From Zygnema circumcarinatum SAG 698-1b (taxonomy: Eukaryota; Plantae; Zygnematophyceae): 64,000 nt of DNA. A model generated the notes under the pieces. That model had not been told where the DNA came from. It ran no database searches and saw nothing but the letters and a program-made list of their open reading frames with translations. A program made the position numbers and the translations under genes. The stretch spans positions 558,001-622,000 of the forward strand of contig CM074807.1 of the NCBI GenBank assembly GCA_037447605.1, in the 5' to 3' direction. Shown here piece after piece: positions 60,401 through 64,000 of the stretch. Each line of letters opens with the position of its first letter. Position 1 is the stretch's first letter.

Positions 60401-62861
60401 TGCCCCACCCTTCTGGCTGGAGGCGGGGCCCCTTCATGGTCCGTCTGAATGAGTCTCAAGCGCTTTCAACAAGGTTGAAACACAGACTCAGGGCAGCTGG
60501 CATGTTTCACCCGCGGTGGGTTGCCACTCCTGGTCCCGTGGTGAACGTCCTCGGTTGCGTCATGACTGCACCATAAAGCAAGATTGTGCTCGTTTTAATG
60601 CTCTCAATTGCATGGCGGACACAGAAACGACAAAATGACGCGACAAGGGCTGGTCCCGAAGGAGTGCCTGGGTTCCAGTTCATCCGTCTCCCTTTCAGCC
60701 TGCGGAAGACACAATTCAGGACAACAAATCTGGCTGGGCGCCCAGTAAGCGTCGGCCATTTGCTCCCAAGTGGGTCTGTTCACTGGGGCTAATAACGTCG
60801 CAGCAGTTCTCGGCCACCAAAGTGACCTGAATCTTCAATTCACACTGGCACAGGAGTAGGCCCCATGCGTGCCCATCCCGAAAGTTACACTACTCGGAAA
60901 TGAGGCTGGACTGCAAACCCTGCAGTCCTGACAAAGGCTGCGCTAACAAAGTTAGCGTCCGCGCCAGTGTCCAGCAAAACCACTGCTGAGTGTCCATCGG
61001 CCGAACCCTGGAAGGTCATAGCACGATGAGACAAGTGGAAAATGGACCGTAGCACATTCGGTGCGTGGGGGCGAGCTAACCGCCACACAAGGGGATGAGG
61101 AGACTTCCCCAGCACAGTGGTAGAAGCTCCAATCACCCACCTAAGAAGGGAGAAGCCCTTCTTCCAAAGCTTTACCACTTTCCACTCAGTCTGTGGATAA
61201 GCCTTCACTGCCACGTGTTGTGGGAGCAGGACTCGCAGACTGAGTACATGGTCTTTCGACCGCAGCAAGCGCAAGGCATCAAATGCACATTGCACTAAGG
61301 CATCACTGCCCATGGCATTCAAGATGATGACATGCCATTCTTTGATCAAGACAGCATTCGGAAATGCCGTTGGAGTCACAAGCATAGCAGGTGGCAATGA
61401 ATAATCAGCGGGAACGCGTGGCACGAACAGCGGATTCCGCTCGAAAACTCCCCCCAGATCCTCTTAAGAATGTCATCCGCCTAGAATGCGGCATTCTCCA
61501 CTGCATCGCTCGCTAATCCAGCTCCCCTCCTGTGGAGCCACAGCAGAGACCCCTAAGCTGCGGTCAAGCAGGTTTGGCCAAGCCTTTCTGCTGTCTTGAA
61601 AGATGGGCAGTCATAGAGCCTATGCCCAGCTTTCCTGCGCGGAAACACTTGTTTTAGCGCGGCTCTGATCTTTGCTGTGGAGCAAGTTTTCCCAGCTGGC
61701 AACCGTGCTAGTTAATGAGAGGGAAGGAAAGCTCCTCTTGCCATTTCCCTTAGGTCGGCCGCCCGGCGCACCAGTTTTGCGCGGCTGTTCGACCGTGTCC
61801 GCACGCGGCGGACGGGAAGGCCCTGCACCATCTGTAGGCGCAACGTCAGTTTGGACTGCAGCTGCAAACATCAGCTCATCATCCATAGGTCCCCAAGGTT
61901 CCAAGGTACGAGGATTCAGCCGAAGCTGTTTCCGAACGTACGGCTTCAATCCATGGCTGAACCGGAAGAAGAATTCTTCGGGTCCAGGTGGGAACTTGGT
62001 AATTGAAGCCCAAGCCGCACGCAATTCCCATAGGAATTCAGCCGCCGCTTCCAGTCTCCATGAGCGACAAACCTCTCGTACAGCAGCAACCCAAATCCAG
62101 GGATGCCAAAGTGTTTGGGAAGTTCGACTCGAACTTCTCAATCTTTGCGATAGCGCCTTCGGCCGCAGTAGATGTAGCGGAACGCTATACATGGGTTGTA
62201 TGGCCCAGACCCTGCATTCCAGGTTGCCTTTAATGGGTAAACACTTAGGTGAATATGGCAGAAAATCCTGCAGGTTCGAACCTTTCTGCAGGGCAGGTTC
62301 ATTACATGATGTGGGGCCAAGGCCCGGTCTCCCACAATCCATCCCTGAGAACACCGTGATCTCTGAGCATGGTACGGTTGACCAGAGGGTCTGAACCGAC
62401 TACGCCACCGTATGTCCATGTGTTGAAGGAGCTTGAACGCTGCTCGTGAAAAACCTTGACTGCGCTCGAGGACGAGCCCGGTTTAGGTGGGGAGGAATGT
62501 AGCGAAACGCTATACATGGGTTGTATGGCCGAGTACTTACATCCGCGGTTGCCTTTTAATGGTAAAGCACTTAGGTGAATACTGGGAGGTCCTGAGTTCG
62601 AACCTTGCTGCAGGCAGGTTCGTTACATAGACGCTCCATGCCACGCCCCTCAAAGCGGGTGAAGCAAAGTTCACCCATTGATCGGGAGGGCATTGGGTAG
62701 CACAAAGGTACCCACGCACCTGCCCCAGCCAATGATCAATTGGGCAGTCGGCATGCGGCCGATCCCCCCATAAGGAGATCGGAGGGACCTTCGCCCGATT
62801 TCTCGGGGGAGGGTCCTGCAAAGCCGGGGCGGACCCCCCAATGGGGTCGCCCCGTCCGCCA
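57451..62861 (-). mobile_element. Decayed chromovirus-type Ty3/gypsy LTR retrotransposon (gag-PR-RT-RH-IN-chromodomain)
   Basis: gag (62821-61620), protease LLDTGA (~60960), [11 protein letters not shown]...[12 protein letters not shown] (60459-60151), RNase H CDASG...ELLA and integrase MDLITDLP...HPQTDGQTER (59543-57915), chromodomain YEVETI...YLVKWLGY (57795-57514). Polypurine tract GAAAGGGGAC then TG start of the 3' LTR at 57459. Many frameshifts and stops; both LTRs run into gaps. Confidence 0.95.
62173..62627 (+). mobile_element. TRIM (miniature non-autonomous LTR element) with tRNA-like LTRs, nested in gag
   Basis: LTRs 62173-62306 and 62498-62627, both TG...CA with short terminal inverted repeats. 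Polypurine tract AGGTGGGGAGGAA directly before the 3' LTR. 4-bp TSD TAGA. Removing it restores the gag frame (VAWSVY|CGRRRY). Confidence 0.88.
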
Positions 62862-63026
62862 NNNNNNNNNNTGAGCCGAAACGATCATCTCCAGCATGTA
62901 TGTATGTCTCTTTAGATGATGACTCCAAAACCCTAAAAACCCTAGAAGAGTTTTTGAAATAAGTCTAGAGACACCTGGACGTTTGAAACGCATCCATCCA
63001 TAAGATTAGTGTACGGAAAGATGTGG

Positions 63027-63515
63027 CATTGATCTCACGATGGCAATGATGCCATCAAATGTACATGCGCAACATCATCATGGGGAACCACGAGGAACTG
63101 GTCGCAAAGGACCGAAGCACAAAATTAGATTAGTTTGGATACCTTCCTTCGCCAGTGCGCCCATCGCTCTTTCGAGATGCACGGCCCCGGAAGCCCTCCT
63201 CCGGCGATCTTGGCTACCTTTTATCGACAACGTATTTCCGTCGCCCTTCAGCGTTGCCTCGCTTCTACGCTACTTCGGCGTGCTGCAGTTGTTGGTGACC
63301 GTGTTGGTGGACTTCCGCCGCTCCCTCCTCGCGACGTGCCTCACATCGGTGACCTTCGCGGCTGCTTCTAGGGCTGCGTTGTTGTGCCTAGGCGTAGTTT
63401 TCCGCTCCTAGCTTCGTTTTATTGTGTTTCGGTCCTTTGTGATCAGTCCTTCGTGGTTCCACATTTTGCCTTTATCCATGTAAATTTGATGGCCTCGCCA
63501 TCGCGAGTTCAATGA
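63027..63515. mobile_element. Element with ~95-bp imperfect inverted arms; related arms elsewhere in the window
   Basis: 63027-63122 is inversely similar to 63420-63515. The same sequence occurs at ~35830-35935 (-) and, diverged, at ~9258-9330. No TSD found. Confidence 0.6.
63135..63371 (+). mobile_element. 3' fragment of a non-LTR retrotransposon ORF (CRE-like, restriction-like endonuclease end)
   Basis: FYRQRISVALQRCLASTLLRRA resembles the RQR(I/L)S(V/I)ALQRxxA motif at the C-terminus of CRE-type elements, as recalled. Confidence 0.55.
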
Positions 63516-63591
63516 AAGTTTGCGTCATCTGTGAAGTCCTTGCATTCAACCGCCAGCTACGCTCGACCGCGACGACCAACGCGAACCGACC

Positions 63592-63740
63592 GACCTACGT
63601 GACCTACGCGACCTACGTGACCTACGCTACCTACGGGACCTACGCGACCTACGCGACCTACGCGACCCAACCGACCTACGTGACCTACGCGACCTACGGG
63701 ACCTATTCTACCCAACCGACCTACGCGACCTACGGGACCT
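63592..63740. repeat. 9-bp tandem repeat (GACCTACGY/G)n
   Basis: About 16 units; source of the YATYVT pseudo-ORF. Confidence 0.9.
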
Positions 63741-64000
63741 ACTGATTGGTCGTGCTCTTACCGCGACCAATCAGTACGCGCCGACAGAATCTTTTGAACT
63801 CGCCTCAATTTCTACGCCATCCGTACGGTCGTGCACCACTTCGTACATCTCGCACTACGCGCACCTCATGGACCTGTACGGTTGCCGAACAATGTCCATC
63901 ACCACATACTAGGAACGCTAAGAGCACACTCCGCCACACAAACTTGGTATAGTACCTACAGCACTTGGTGTATGCTAATCTACAGAGCAAACTTTCATTG

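Noticed and set aside
62542-62615. Functional tRNA-Phe gene
   Set aside because: Stems have mismatches, the anticodon loop is non-canonical, and it lies inside an LTR. Treated as tRNA-derived instead.

Overview
Eukaryotic nuclear DNA, not prokaryotic. It is intron-rich (GT-AG), full of (GA)n/(CT)n microsatellites and telomere-like repeats, and has several N gaps. The gene set (pTAC3, RHL1, root-cap-domain protein, nuclear psaD/psaF) points to a streptophyte, most likely an alga; this is inference. Genes in order, by manual exon stitching: TFIIB exon 1 (-), RHL1 (-), trehalase (+), secreted root-cap-domain protein (+), a spliced gene with Crypton-like domains (+), anthranilate synthase beta (-), CJD1 (+), pTAC3 (+), psaF (-) head-to-head with psaD (+), a D-2-hydroxyacid dehydrogenase (-), and a decayed chromovirus-type Ty3 element (-). 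Three near-identical duplications next to N gaps are probably assembly artefacts. Main observations: (1) the sequence just after the psaD stop is an inverted, pseudogenised copy of the psaF 3' end plus downstream DNA, so psaD and psaF share nearly the same 3' region and sit inside ~1 kb inverted repeats; (2) a 455-bp miniature LTR element whose LTR folds as a tRNA cloverleaf is nested in the Ty3 gag; (3) an in-frame spliced gene appears to keep Crypton DNA-binding domains but not the recombinase core; (4) strand-oriented CGTAC clusters mark several promoters. All family assignments come from remembered motifs, not database searches. Identity figures are by-eye estimates.
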